Counted from the stretch's first letter, positions 24,570-37,722 are shown. The stretch: 64,000 nt of DNA from Octopus vulgaris (GCA_951406725.2 OX597814.1:200322001-200386000); one strand, 5' to 3'. A program made the numbers and translations. Notes: a model not told the origin generated them from the sequence alone.

Positions 24570-25740
24570 CAAGACAGTTGGCCATCTTGAGCATGTCTCT
24601 CCTCCACAAGTTTCATCCACACTAAGAGATCAACACTTTATACAGCTGTTCTCATCCATATGCATCATATGGCCATCCCAGCACAAACTTCACTCTTGCA
24701 CAGTACATCTGATTCTGCTTATAGTACGCATGTAATTTTTGTGTTTATATATCGACTACTTTAAATTTTACGGCTTATCATATACTTTATAAGAAGTATA
24801 TGTAGATGTTAATATCCGAAGCATTAGAATGGTAGATCTGTAAAGAAATCCGAATAAAGATTGATAATAACTACTGTGTATATACTTAAGCATTCTCAAT
24901 TCTCCATTAAATCTCACATATTATATGTAAATATAAACTAATTTTATAGCTATATCAGCTTGATGATTTAACTTCTATAGATTTATCAAATTTTCATGGC
25001 ATCCGTGCCGGTGGCACATAAAAAGCACCAACCGATCGTGGCCGTTGCCAGCCTTGCCTGGCAAATAAAAAGCACCCACAACACTCATGGAGTGGTTGGC
25101 GTTAGGAAGGGCATCCAGCTGTAGAAACGCTGCCAGATCAGACTGGGCCTGGTGCAGCCTCCTGGCTTCCCAGACCCCAGTTGAACCGTCCAACACATGC
25201 CAGCATGAGAAGCGGATGTTAAACGATGACGATGATGATGAAGCTTGTTGCTGTTGTCACAATTTGAAAACAGTACCATAAGCAATTTACCTTGAAACAT
25301 GTTTGCTCTTTATCATAAGCACACTGATGCTGCACATCCAACAGAGACGATAGCTTCATTTCTTTCTCATCTTTGCATGTTCTCTGCATTGAGAGTCCAC
25401 ATCTCATTATCAAGGAGCAGAGTTATTTGTACACAAGCATCATACAATCTGTCCTTCACTTGGAAAGAAACTTTTTCTTACCAACAGAAATAACAGCTTA
25501 TTCTTATACCAGCAGCTGTATTTTCAGAAACACTTCTCCCATTGCTAATTAGGTCAGCTAGATAAACTACAACCTCTAGAGAATCTACTGGGCATTTGAT
25601 AAAATCTACTTCCTGTGCACTCTTAGTGATTATTGCTCTTGTACATCCACTACATACAAAATTTTTGTCTGTTAACCTGTGTGTAATATCACATGCACCT
25701 CGTGTGTTCACTATTCGTACTGGGCACATCATATGTCATT
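24570..25740 (-). mobile_element. Second old RTE LINE remnant, interrupted by other insertions
   Basis: FVCSGC..SLEVVVYLADLIS (ORF 25478..25732) and WDGHMMHMDENSCIKC near 24640-24690. Confidence 0.7.
24997..25240 (+). mobile_element. RTE 3' UTR fragment with (GAT)n tail
   Basis: Same conserved terminal sequence as the copy at 23470. Confidence 0.85.
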
Positions 25741-26191
25741 TCAACTCATTCCTTATCTACATAATGAGCAAGGATCGTTCCCTGACATACCCCACAATGA
25801 AACTGTTTAAAACCATTTTCTCAAATATGAGAAATTTATTTTTTAGCTTCATCCGTTGAAGTTTTTAATACGTAAATCAACTCTGAAAAATTCACGTTGA
25901 CTGGTTAAAGGGAAATAACTCCGCAATATAGCGCTAAATTACCTTCATAATAGTACAAGACAGCAACAACCAAACACTTCCAAAATGGCCATTTAAAGAC
26001 TACAACTTTTATTCCGTCATCTGAAGATCTTTTGGTTTAAAATTAATTTATTATTTAAGTGTTATGATACAACTTAATTGGGGAAACTCGGGGTAGCAGC
26101 TTTACTAGATCTGCAAACTAGAGCTTTATAAAGGTTTGACCGTCATGAAACCTTTATAGCTCCATGTATTAAGCTCAATGATTATCAGCCT

Positions 26192-26241
<50 letters not shown>

Positions 26242-26242
<1 letters not shown>

Positions 26243-26690
26243 TGTTGTATTTCAGGATGGTCATTTTATTTATCTTTTCAATTTTGTTTTTGTCAAATAA
26301 ACACGTGCACTAGGTTTTTTTTTTCTTCTTCACTCGTTTATTACTGTTGATTTATTCTTTTAACACCTGTCCCTTATCCAGAAACCTTTCATCACACACC
26401 TGTGACCTCCTCAGTGACACTTTTCGTTTCTGTTTGTGTTCTTGCTCCACTTACTTCATTCAAAAAAAGAATATATATATATATATATATATATAGCATG
26501 GAAAGCGGACGCTAAACGATGATGATGATGATAATATATATATATATTACTCTACCTCTGGTATTTGAGTACTCTTTTTTCTAGCTTGTTTCACATTTAT
26601 GTGTTTACTCCGGTGTATATATATATAGTGCGAGTTTATTTGGCAAAAAATTTTTTTTAAATAAAATGTCCATCCTGAAATACAACATTA
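26242..26690. mobile_element. Penelope-like terminal-repeat fragments in inverted arrangement, with hammerhead core
   Basis: tgttgtatttcaggatgg.cattttattt...caaataaac recurs inverted at ~26627-26688. The minus strand at 26414-26387 reads CUGAGGA-G-GUCAC-aggugu-GUGAU-GAAA. The fragments are embedded in (TA)n. Confidence 0.6.
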
Positions 26691-26783
26691 TCTGTTTCAA
26701 CACACGATTTCACATCAAGAATCATGCAAAACGAAAATATATATATATATATACATACACGGATGTGCGCACACAAATACATA

Positions 26784-26996
26784 CAGGATGGTCCGAAACT
26801 AGGTATACAGTTATTCAAATATCTCTTTTACATTCATATATAAACAGTTTAGATCTTAATTATAAAAAAGATATGAAACCATTATTCTATGCTAATTTAG
26901 TTAATTGTAAGATAAAAATTTTAATGTAATAAAATGTTTTAAAAGAAATTTTAAGTGCCTACATGATAACTGTAAACCTACTTTTGGGCCACCCTG
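26784..26996. mobile_element. Tc1/mariner-type MITE (213 bp)
   Basis: About 31-bp TIRs caggatggtccgaaactaggtatacagttat / ataactgtaaacctacttttgggccaccctg, flanked by TA on both sides. Confidence 0.88.
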
Positions 26997-27050
26997 TATA
27001 TATATATATATTGTATTTTATTACCATTGGTGCACTTGTTATTTACATAT

Positions 27051-27245
27051 ACTCTTTTACTTGTTTCAGTCATTTGACTGCGGCCATGCTGGAGCACCGC
27101 CTTTAATCGAGCAACTCGACCCCGGGGCTTATTCTTTTGTAAGCCCAGTACTTATTCTATCGGTCTCTTTTGCCAAACCGCTAAGTAACAGGGACATAAA
27201 CACACCAGCGTCGGTTGTCAAGCAATGCTAGGGGGACAAACACAG

Positions 27246-27276
<31 letters not shown>

Positions 27277-27453
27277 CATACATACATATATACGACGGGC
27301 TTTCATTTTCCGTCTACCAAATCCACTCTCAAGGCTTTAGTCGGCCCGAGGCTATAGTAGAAGACACTTGCCCAAGGTGCCATGCAGTGGGACTGAACCC
27401 GGAACTATGTGGTTGGTAAACAAGCTACTCACCACACAGCGACTCCTGTGCCT
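27051..27453 (-). mobile_element. SINE family A, well preserved
   Basis: Full-length copy with many CpGs retained. Confidence 0.92.
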
Positions 27454-27584
27454 TATATAAATATATATATTTATAATTTTATATTATATGAAAAACGAAA
27501 GCTATACCATTTGCATTGAAGTGTATTTGTATTAGTATGATTGCGATTTCTTCTGTAATGACTGACTGCGTGTTATCAGCACCA

Positions 27585-27906
27585 TTATCAACCAACTCAC
27601 CAACAACAACACTGAACACCTTTTTGATCTCCATGTGTCTAACACATGTGGACATGACTACAAAGTCAGAAAACAACACAGCTCCCATGACTTTCGGAAA
27701 CATTTTTTCACGCTCAGAGTTGCTGAAGCATGGAATAAACTGCCTGCGTCAGTTGTTGACTGCCATGACACTGCATCCTTTAAGGTCCTCATGCTTTCCA
27801 AAATCCGTCGAAACTACACCTGATTATATATACACTTTAGATGAGTTGTAGTGCACCTGAGCACTGTACACAATTATTATTATTATTTTTTTTATTATTA
27901 TTATTA
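27585..27906 (+). mobile_element. CR1-type LINE 3' end, near-identical to ~17197-17504
   Basis: Encodes GHDYKVRKQ..FRKHFFTLRVAEAWNKLP, with the same UTR, stem-loop and (ATT)n tail. Confidence 0.93.
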
Positions 27907-28412
27907 TGGTAATCTTAATAGTAAGAATTAGCAAATATTACAATGAAATTTATAATTCTGCTCAACTATAGCAACACCACTTGTTTAAACCTAAGACTCT
28001 TATAATGCCCAATATTTCAAAGCATTGGCTGTGAAGTAGAGTGAATTCACTGGCAGATCAATATTGGTAGAGAATACTAGAATTTGAGACTTATAAATAA
28101 GTCAGAGTTCTTCAAAGTAAACTACATTTACACTAATTACAACATGAAGTCAAGGAAATATTTTTAAACCAATCACATAATCAATTTAGGTGAAATAAGA
28201 AAAACAAATAAACACACACACACACCAGTTTTAGTTTAGTTGATTCCAAACTTCATGAAAGAGGGGAAAATAGTGCAATCTTAAATAGACAAGTATAGTT
28301 GCTGGAAGTCTTCTTTCAATCATTGCTATTAGTTAATGGTCTTTAGTATTGAATAGAAATCAGGCAATAAATATATGTTGATTAAATTTCATGTTGAACT
28401 CAATCTGTACAG

Positions 28413-28781
28413 TAGAAGTAAGAAATCTCAAAGTAAAAACAAATATGCAACAAGAACCAATTACTGCTCTGTCTAAAACTATATCCTCAGGTAAGAGGGG
28501 AAACAGATTTTGAAAAGAAGGAGTGTTGCTGAATGACTTCTTTACAGGGAGGTAAAGAGATGGAGGAGAGTTACTTTGATGATGAAATGAAAAGAGTTTG
28601 TTGTTTACCAATGGATTTGTTTGTTTTGAGGGATATTTTTTTTTGTATCTTGGACAAAAAGTTCTGACACTTTTTACTCTTCACAGCAACAGAATCTACA
28701 CTTTCTGTGAATTTTGTTACTCTTCCTGCCAATACAAATCATCACCAATTCCCTCAGATTCTGAATTGTCTTCACCCATAA
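28413..28781 (+). other. Candidate two-exon spliced segment (intron 28491-28686)
   Basis: Donor CAG|GTAAGA, branch-like CTGAC, a pyrimidine tract and CACAG. The joined frame is open, but no homology is recognised. Confidence 0.25.
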
Positions 28782-28822
28782 AAGATGAAAGGAAGAAAAA
28801 AAAATGGAAGGAATGAAGGGGT

Positions 28823-29015
28823 GACAGACAGACAGACATATAGAGAGATAGATGGGTAGGTAGACATAGATAAATAGATGGACACACAGACAAATGGCAT
28901 GTGGATAGACAGACAAATGGATAAGTAGATAAAGAGACAGAAAAATAGATACACTGATAGATACATGTCTAAATAGCTGGATGGATGGGTGGATGGATGG
29001 GTAGGTAGGTAGGTA
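28823..29015. repeat. Compound tetranucleotide microsatellite (GACA/GATA/GGAT/GGTA)
   Basis: Directly visible in the sequence. Confidence 0.85.
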
Positions 29016-29715
29016 GATATGCGTATAGCTGGAATTTTTGCTTGTAGGGTAACAAAAAGAAATTATTCAAGTAGCCTAAGCTTGTGATTTGAATTCAGTT
29101 AGATAAGTGGATGACACGATAGAGAACTTACTTCAGTACAGAAATGGGTAGTCGTGTTGATATGAAAAGGAAAATAATAGCAAGTGAGAAATGAAAACAA
29201 ATATGAAAGCAGAAGCAACAGTAGTAGTAATTATGGCACTAAATATGAGAAATGAGAGTAAGTGACAGTTTCTAAACCTGAGGTGAAATTTGTTGAACTC
29301 GAAATTAAAATTAGAAAGTAGTATAAATCATGTTAAAGATTTAATGATTAAAAACATCCTCTGAGATTATTGTATCTTGTACCAGAGCCTTATATCATGT
29401 GCACAAATAAGACAAAGATTCAAATGTTGAGGGGAGGAGATCAGTTGAATACTAGATGCAAAGTAAACATTAGATACACATTGTGTTTTCAGAGCAAATA
29501 TAAGAGCTTGGGTCTGAGCCAAAATATCAGATATTGATGCTGTACTCATGGCATAATCTAAAGCAGTAACTTCCAAGTAGACATGCCAGTCGTTAGAATG
29601 TTGGCTCATCTTATGTAATAGAGTTAAAAGACATACGTGTAGTCATAGCATCTAAGTCTTCCTCACATCACTACCTATCATTATTTAACTCAACTGAATA
29701 ATATAGTTCATAATA

Positions 29716-29930
29716 TCATCATCATCATTTAACATTCGTTTTCCATGCTAGCATGGGTTGGATGGTTTGACAGAAGCTGGTAAAGCGAGGAGCCACACCA
29801 GGTTCGATTGTCTGCTCTGGTATGGATTTTACAGCTGGATGCCCTTCCTCATGCCAACCACTTTTACAGAGTGTACAGGGTGCTTTTTATGAGGCATCTG
29901 CACCAGTACTTTTTATGAGGCACTAGCACC
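29716..29930 (-). mobile_element. RTE 3' UTR fragment
   Basis: (cat)n + tttaacattcgttttccatgctagcatgggttgg...gctggatgcccttcct. Confidence 0.8.
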
Positions 29931-30215
29931 ATATTATTGTAGGAAGCAAAACAGGGCAGTCACAACTGCAAAGCATTTTTACTACTGTACTTGCTTACAT
30001 ATAAGACACACACTTGCATAAAATACACTATTTTACAAACATATTTTGTGGAGAAAAAGCAAATTTGGTATGTTTCATCATACACTTACTGAAAGATATT
30101 TTAAAGAAGTTTTACAGAGTAAAATGTTTGATTCTCTGCATGTGAATACAATGCTGAAATAGTTATACAGGAATAAAGGATGAAACCATAAATTTATTAT
30201 TCATAAATTGTTGTT

Positions 30216-30421
30216 AGTTGTCGGAGCACTGCATCCTTCAAAACTTCCATGCTTCCTGAGATTCGCCAACACTACACCTGATTTTCTCTCCTACATGCAT
30301 ACGCAAGCATGTATCTGACTCATACACTGTTCATTTCCCAGACTACATATGCTTTATATGCACTTTTGACAAGTTGTGGTGCACCTGAGCACTGTATACA
30401 ATAATTTCATCATTATTATTT
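30216..30421 (+). mobile_element. CR1-type LINE 3' end, long-UTR subfamily
   Basis: gcactgcatccttcaaaacttccatgcttcctgagattcgccaacactacacctga, then a longer UTR, gtgcacctgagcac and (att)n. Confidence 0.85.
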
Positions 30422-30808
30422 TTTAAACATTGAGAACTGTATTTTAACTTTATCTTCTTTCAGATCAACTGCATAATTTATATTTTGGTCGAAAGAAGTG
30501 CCATATAAGATGTGAAACTAGTAATTTTAGATCTGATAAACCTTGTTTCCATGTCTGGCCACCAATGTGAAGAACCATTGCTCTCATTTTGTTGTTGCTC
30601 ATTAATGAAAACAGCTGACAAGTGGATGAAAGTGTAACATTTCATCTGTCTTGGAGAATTTTCATTTACATAATTAAAAAATGTTTATTAACACTAAAAG
30701 AGTCATTAGATAATGTAAGAAACATATTAGATGTGGGTTATGTATGCTGGGAAAGAAAGTAAAATGAGATGATATGACTTTTCACATAACTACCAACAAA
30801 CTGTAGAT

Positions 30809-31276
30809 CAGGGGTCACCAAACTTTTTCTACCATTGACCCCCTTTAGCCACTTCTTCTGCATTTACCACCCTCCACATTTCAAATATCTTAATACCCTA
30901 TCTTACCATACCGTACCTTAAATGCATACTGGGTACTGACACTAGCAATTAAAATGTTAGTTAGAATATATATGTATGACAAATTAAGACATTCTATTGA
31001 AGATGACACACTTCTTACATTTTTGAGTATACAGTATTAAACTTTCAATTTATACGAAATTGTTTTCACGGTCAGAAAATGTGAAAAACGCATCAAATTG
31101 CTGAATATCTTTTATTGAAACTGACAACATCAATGTGAAGGATGGCCATGGCACTGACTAAGTATTTCAAGCAGTTCATCAAGGTGAGCTGGTCTTTCCT
31201 ATGCTGACCCCCATTTGGCCCCTTGGCTATCATCAACCCCCTAAGGGGTCCCTCAGACCCCCTTTAGTGACCTCTG
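30809..31276 (-). mobile_element. Non-autonomous hAT (Charlie-like) transposon
   Basis: TIRs caggggtcaccaaa / tttagtgacctctg. Perfect 8-bp TSD CTGTAGAT at 30801-30808 and 31277-31284. The minus strand keeps a Charlie-type C-terminus, ...QCHGHPSH*. Confidence 0.92.
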
Positions 31277-31498
31277 CTGTAGATGACCATTTTAAAGCTT
31301 GCACTAATGGATTGTGATATTTTGGCTTGTTTTTCCTCATCTTCAACACTCAGTCTCCCATCTGTAATTAGATGCAAAGTAATTTTTTTTTATACATTTA
31401 AAGAAAAAAGAAAAACAGCACATCTTATACACCAGCAAATAAAGTATATACAGATCACTATAATCAATATTTACCTGTATAAACAACTACACATATGT

Positions 31499-31890
31499 GG
31501 TAGACACCCACAAGATTATCCACGATCTTTCCAACAACAACGTTGAGTAACGTTTTCAATTCTATATGTCTAACACTCATGGACATGCTTACAAATTCAA
31601 AAAATAACAACACCCATGAATTTTGTAAACATTTTTTACATGCTCAGAATTGCTAAAGCATGGAATAAACTACCTGCATCAGTAGTTGGTTGCCGAGACA
31701 CTACATCCATCAAAACTTCCATACTTCCTGAAATTCACCAACAGTACACCCCCTACCCCTTATTTTAACAACTCATTCACTGTTCACTTCCTGTACATTA
31801 TTCTATGTATTGTTGATGCATTTTTGGATACTATTTCTGATGAATTTTTAGTACACCTGAGTACTGTAGACAATAATTTCATTAATATTA
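31499..31890 (+). mobile_element. Older CR1-type LINE 3' end
   Basis: Diverged match to 17180-17504 (cacccacaagattatc...aagcatggaataaactacctgcatcag...gtacacctgagtactgta). Confidence 0.82.
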
Positions 31891-31949
31891 TATCGTCAAA
31901 TGAACACAATTGCTGTACTGAAGAAGACACACAACAGGATTGAGGTCCT

Positions 31950-32300
31950 AAACCCATGGTGCCATATAAAAAGTATTTCCACGGGTGCTGGTACCACATA
32001 AAAAGCATTGGTGTTGGTGCTACATAAAGAGCATTAGTGTTGGTGCCACATAAAAAGCATTGGTGTTGGTGTCACATAAAGAGCATTGGTGTTAGTGCCA
32101 CGCAAAAAGCACTAGTGATGGTGTTACATAAAAGTACTCAATACACTATGTAGGGTGGTTGGTGTTAAGAAGGGCATCCAGCAGCAGAAACAAATCCAAA
32201 ACAGGCTATGGAACCTGGCCCAGTCCTTTGCCTTGCCAGTTCCTGTCACGCTGTCCAACCCACACCAGAATGGAAAACATGTTAAATGTTGATGATGATG
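31950..32300 (+). mobile_element. RTE 3' UTR fragment with ~26-bp tandem units
   Basis: About 7 copies of ggtgccacataaaaagcattggtgtt, then the conserved end and (GAT)n. Confidence 0.8.
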
Positions 32301-32455
32301 ACACAAATGATGAATCAAAACTAAAACTTAGAGGACCTGGACATTTTGAAATTGACTTTCTTTCATTCATTTACAGGAAGAATTTCAATGAAATTTAGAA
32401 ACACACACGTTACTAACAATGGTAAAATGTAATATTTTTGTTGATTATACCTCTT

Positions 32456-32868
32456 ATTTCTTTACTGCCCACAAGGGGCTATGCACAGAGTAGACAAACA
32501 AGGACAGACAACCGGATTAAGCCAATTATATCAACCCCAGTGCATAACCAGTACTTATTTAACCGATCCTGAAAGGATGAAAGGCAAAGTCAACCTTGGC
32601 AGAATTTGAACTCAGAACGTAACGGCAGACGAAATACCTATTTCTTTATTACCCACATGGGGCTAAACATAGAGGGGACAAACAAGGACAGACATAGGTA
32701 TTAAGTCAATTACATCGACCCCAGTGTGTAACTGGTGCTTAATTTATCGACCCCAAAAGGATGAAAGGCAAAGTCGATCTCGACGGAATTTGAACTCACA
32801 ACGTAACGGCAGACGAAATACTTAGTATTTCGCCTGGCGTGCTTAACGATTCTACCAGCTCACCACCT
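32456..32868 (-). mobile_element. Nin/Deu-like SINE with duplicated body (one head, two bodies)
   Basis: Two tandem ~190-bp bodies. Candidate 15-bp TSD ttgattatacctctt / ttgactatatctctt flanks the whole unit. Confidence 0.85.
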
Positions 32869-33284
32869 TTGACTATATCTCTTGCCATGTCAAGTGTGAA
32901 AATGGTTATTAAGCAGAGTTTTTCTTTTCTTTTAATTGTACATCAGTATTTCTGCAGGTATTCTTAATTTGAAGAAAATATCTCTCAGCACTTTTGTAGA
33001 AACATTATGTGATTCTGAAACAATCAGGAAAAGTGGTATATTTTTAATATTACAAATGACCCAACTGTTTTTCTGCCTCGAACAGTAAGTGTTTTCACAC
33101 AAATGAGTTTGCTAGAATACTTTTACTTTGCAGACTCTGCAGTCTTTTATGTAAAGGGAAGCAACCCTTGTTGCATTAGTACTTCATCTTAACAAATAAC
33201 TTCATCTGCCAATAATAACTTCTGGCTGTGTTTAACTTGATATACATCTACCCTCGTCTATCACTGATTCATTCATCACTGTCC

Positions 33285-33452
33285 AGGATAACATGGATTG
33301 GCAATGATAAAGTTTGCTTTACAACCACATGGTTCCAAGTTCAGTCTCACTGCATAACATCTTAGGCAAGAGTTTTCTACTATAGCCCAGGCTTGCCAAA
33401 TCCTTCAGAGTGGATTTGATAGATGGAAACTGAAAGAAGCCTGTCATTCATA

Positions 33453-33483
<31 letters not shown>

Positions 33484-33696
33484 ATCTTCTTGTTTGTCCC
33501 CCATCACTGCTTGACAACCAGTGTTGGTTTGTTTATGTACCCATACCTTTGCCATTTAGCAAACAGAAACCAATAGTATAAGTAGCAGGCTTAGAAAATA
33601 ATAAGTACTGGGGTCAATTTGTTTGACTAAACCCTTGAAGGTGGTGCCCCAGCATGACCGCAGTCTAATGATTGAAACAAGTAAAAGATAAAAGAT
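33285..33696 (+). mobile_element. SINE family A, older
   Basis: Diverged full-length copy. Confidence 0.85.
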
Positions 33697-33829
33697 ACAT
33701 CATTAAATTTTACTCTATTATTCCAACGATGAACCAATATTGTGTTTAAAATCTGTTTGGAAATATTACTTGGATATGGTTGTGGGGCAATGTAGAATCT
33801 TGGAACAAACACCCATACATTGCATTCAT

Positions 33830-34085
33830 TTCTTCTTTCTTGTATTGAGACAGCATCCACCCGGGGTGGGTTGAGCTGGTTTCATTCATCCTCAATGCTG
33901 CATCTCTCACAAATGCTGACCAGGCCTGGCGATTTGAGGCTAACGACCGTGTGATCTCCAACCACTCCTTATTCCAGTGGCGAAAGCCGTGGATATGGGG
34001 GCCTAGGTTGGGTTCCAGAACAGCCTTGACTGTCATCAGCCAGGTTTTTCGTTGTCAACCACATCGCTTTCGCCAACCCTGAAGG
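33830..34085 (-). mobile_element. 3' end of a second RTE-clade LINE family
   Basis: GWRKRCG*QRKTWLMTVK...GFRHWNKEWL...LASNRQAWSAFVRD...STHPG, an RTE-type C-terminus unrelated to the (GAT)n family. Confidence 0.7.
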
Positions 34086-34917
34086 ATTGCATTCATTTAT
34101 CACAGATGCATTTAACTTAACACTATTTAACATGGTGAATTTTTGGAAACAAACCCCCTTGGTCAAATAGGATAGCGGAATTAGACTGAATATCTTCTTC
34201 CATAGAAACTCTCTTCATTACAGAAATTCAGATGACTGAAATCCTTTTCTTTTGAGGTAAAAGCCAAAACTGTGACTAATATCAAAGGAGCTTATTATAC
34301 GAATACCTGTTTAGGGGAATGGGAAAAATTAAGCTATGATGTCCAGACCTTTTCAAAAGCCACTGATAAGAATGATTTTTCATTTTTACTTCAAGATATA
34401 TCACAATAGTAGTCACCAAGCTGAAGACATTAAACCAGATGTTAGAAGTAAATTTGATTTATTAATCACTTTATTGATTATTATTTGCATATTTAGTGAT
34501 GACAGTATTATAGGATGTTAATGAAGTAAGTGCTGCGAATAAAACAGAATTCGATTCAATATTGGCTAATAATCAATGATAATATTGCACCCATGGTATG
34601 AGCTGTCAAGAAACCATTGCCTTAGGTGGCAGGAACAGGTTATAATAAACAGCAAATTATAAATGATAAATATGTTAGAAACATGACAGTCAATGATTTT
34701 CACTAGACAGGACTTGTAATGTCTGGAGAAAGTGGATTTTAGAACTTTGAACAACGAAACTTAGAAGACATACTGAGTGCAGGGAATGGCAAAAGAATTT
34801 GATTATTGTCAAATAGTGGGTACCTTCTTCCAGTGGTTTTCTATAAACATCCTATAATGCAAATTCAATATATCATTTTAATTAAACAGAAGCTAATTGA
34901 TTATTACTTGCTATATA

Positions 34918-35134
34918 CAAAGGGGTGCTAAAAAGTTCCTGGCTTTGAGGGTATCGTGAACGGCCTAGTAGGAGAATAAACGTTCTGAGTTCTTAAACAG
35001 GGCTTAGAAAAACTAAAGGGCCACTGCAATATACATGTGAATCTGAGAGGGGAATATGTTAAATAAAATTGTAATTAAGTGATCCTCCTGTATTTTCTTT
35101 TACCCAAAGCCAGGAACTTTTCAGCACGCCCTCG
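34918..35134 (+). mobile_element. mariner-derived MITE (217 bp)
   Basis: About 30-bp TIRs (gtgct.aaaagttcctggcttt) with TA flanks. The internal GLEKLKGHCNIHVNLRGEYVK* resembles a mariner transposase C-terminus. Confidence 0.88.
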
Positions 35135-35567
35135 TACTTGTATAATTTCATCTAGTATGTGCTCGTTATTAAATATTTGTGTTAATAGCAGCTGATTCTT
35201 CCTCAAATCACACTGTACTGTTTTAAATAAAGGATACAATGTAGTCTCCAATAGACAATGGATGAGAGAAAAAAACAGGATGGTCATAGCTGGAATGTCC
35301 TTAATCCCAGACCTGACCTGGAGCTAATCAACAATACTATAAAACTAGTTTGTTGGTAAGTGGGCAGATAGACAGAAGGAAAACTGAAGTATTAGTGGCA
35401 GGTTCTCTTTTGTCTAGGATTGGATTTGACAGTGTGTTTCCACTGGAATACTCTCTTCTTTTCTTTCAGTTATGTTTGGAAATAATAAATTTAGTAAAAT
35501 ACCTTTGCTGTTACCAAGATGGTGTTTGGAACATAAATTTATTTTGGTGGAAGGCTTTAATCTACAA

Positions 35568-36198
35568 CAGTGGTACTCAACAATTATTTGCTTGGGGAGC
35601 CCTTTGATTCCTATCTTACATGGATAGAACCTCAGAGCTACTTAATATTTGAAAACACAAAATGTATTGTATTTTTGTAATTATAAAAAAATTGTTAAAA
35701 TATGTTGTGTATTGCACAAGTATGATAAATTTATTGCAGGAGTGGTTAGGCACAGGCTGTAGGATAAGAAGCTTAACCATGGTTCTGGGTTCAGTCCCAC
35801 TGCATGGCACCCTGGTCAAGTGTCTTCTACTATAGTCTCAGGTTAGCCAAAACCTTGTGAGTGGATTTAATTAATGGAAACTGAAAGTGTGTATGTAAGT
35901 GTGTGTGAGTGTGTGTGTGTGTGAGTGTGTGTGTGTGTGTGTATGCATGCATATATGTATTTATTTGTGTGTCTGTGCTTGTCCCCACACCATCGCTTGA
36001 CAACTGATGTTGGTGTGCTTATGTCCAAATAACTTAGTGGTTCTGCAAAAGAGACTAATAGAATAAGTACTGGAGTTACAAAGAATAAGTCCTGTATGGC
36101 CACAGTCAAATGACTGAAACAAACAAAAGAATAAATTTTAACAACAAATCCGTTTGCGGACCCCGAAGGGTCATGTGGACCCTGGTCAAGAGTTACTG
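35568..36198. mobile_element. Degenerate hAT-type MITE interrupted by a SINE
   Basis: Begins cagtggtactcaac and ends gagttactg. Flanks atctacaa / atcgagaa match at 6/8. Related to 59292-59845. Confidence 0.6.
35735..36132 (+). mobile_element. SINE family A nested in the hAT MITE
   Basis: Family A sequence with ataaattt on both sides. Confidence 0.85.
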
Positions 36199-37013
36199 AT
36201 CGAGAACAATTTGAAACACCAAGTGTGCATCAAGGAGCAGTCTCAGGCAATTTGATATCTGAAGGATTAAATAATTAAGAAAATAATCCCTGGCAAACAT
36301 GTAGAGATAAGGTGAAAACCAACAAAAACTTTGAAACAGAGTTTACAAGACATTTTAATTTGATAAACAGATTGTTTCTAACTGTAATGTAAATTATCTG
36401 AGATGAGCCGAAAATATTCCTATTTTCCTTGCACCATAGGGTCAATAAACGCATCCCTCTCCCTGGTCAATTCTTTGATAAGTGCTGCTTTTCTCTAAAA
36501 ACCCCTAACTTGTAAACAAGATGCAGATAAATTGGCTACAGGGACTCAGAATGGAAACAGCAAGAACAAATACTACAAGGTAGTCCAACACACTAACACA
36601 GAAAAATAAAAACTTAAGTTGACTTTGGTGGGATTTGAACTCAGACTACAAGAAGTCAGAACAAATACTGCAAAGCTTTATATTACTGTCCATGTCCTCT
36701 CACAATTCTGTCAACTCCCCATTTCCCCCAAATATTAAATATTCATTAAAGCAATGTCTTTCAGTTCAGAATTATTGGAAATTTTATGTATTCTCTCCAT
36801 TTATTATTTATATTGAGTTTCTTTTCCTAATTACACACAAGATGTATTAAGTTTGAAATCATGAAAATCAAATGTTCCATTATTTGAATTTGAATGTTAT
36901 TAATGTTGAATTACTGATCACATAAGCCAAACTGTCAAAATTTATTATCAGTTATGCCTCATTTCAGAAATTTACAGTTTCAAAAATATAATTACAATAA
37001 TGATAATAATGAC

Positions 37014-37445
37014 ATTCCCTTCTACTATAGGCACAAGGCCTGAAATTTGGGGAAGGGGACTAGTTGATAACATCGACCCCAGTGTTTCAATGGTACTTAA
37101 TTTACCGACTTTAAAAGGTAAAGTCAACTTCGGCAGAATTTGAACCCAGAACGTGAAGATGGACAAAATGCCACTAAGCATTTCGCCTGGCAAAGTAATG
37201 ATTCTGCCAGCTTGTTGCCTTAATAATAATAATAATAATAATAATAATATTAAGGGTTTCAAATTTAGATATGAGGCCAGTAATTTCAAGGAATGGAGTA
37301 AATTGATTACTTCAACACCAATACTCAACTGGTACTTATTTTATTGACTCTGAAAGGTAAAGTCAACCTCAGCAGAATTTGAACTCAGAACATAAAGATG
37401 GATGAAATACCACTAGACATTTTGCCATGAGTGCTAACAATTCTG
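37014..37445 (-). mobile_element. Two tandem Nin/Deu-like SINEs separated by (AAT)n
   Basis: Each has aaagtcaac..c.gcagaatttgaac.cagaac, but the two tails differ. Confidence 0.82.
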
Positions 37446-37722
37446 AAAACCACCCAACATTAATTTTTATTTGTTCTACCTTACCCTTGGAAAGGTGTCA
37501 GTTCATAAGTTGTGATATAAATAGATTTTGAAACTCATTGTTCGATTGAGTTAACTTTTTCTGAATCAGAAGAATGCATGGCCACTGCCTGTCATTGCTT
37601 TCTAAAGTGACAATCACATTACATAAGAGTGTTTGACTGTGTGCGTATGTGCGTACAGACATACACTCTTAAATATTTTTGTTACCAAAAATTCTAAAAT
37701 CTTACAACTCAGTATATACGTA

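Noticed and set aside
36420-36500. Minus-strand exon-like peptide RKAALIKELTRERDAFIDPM
   Set aside because: The donor is weak and the DNA resembles MITE-type subterminal motifs. There is no independent support.
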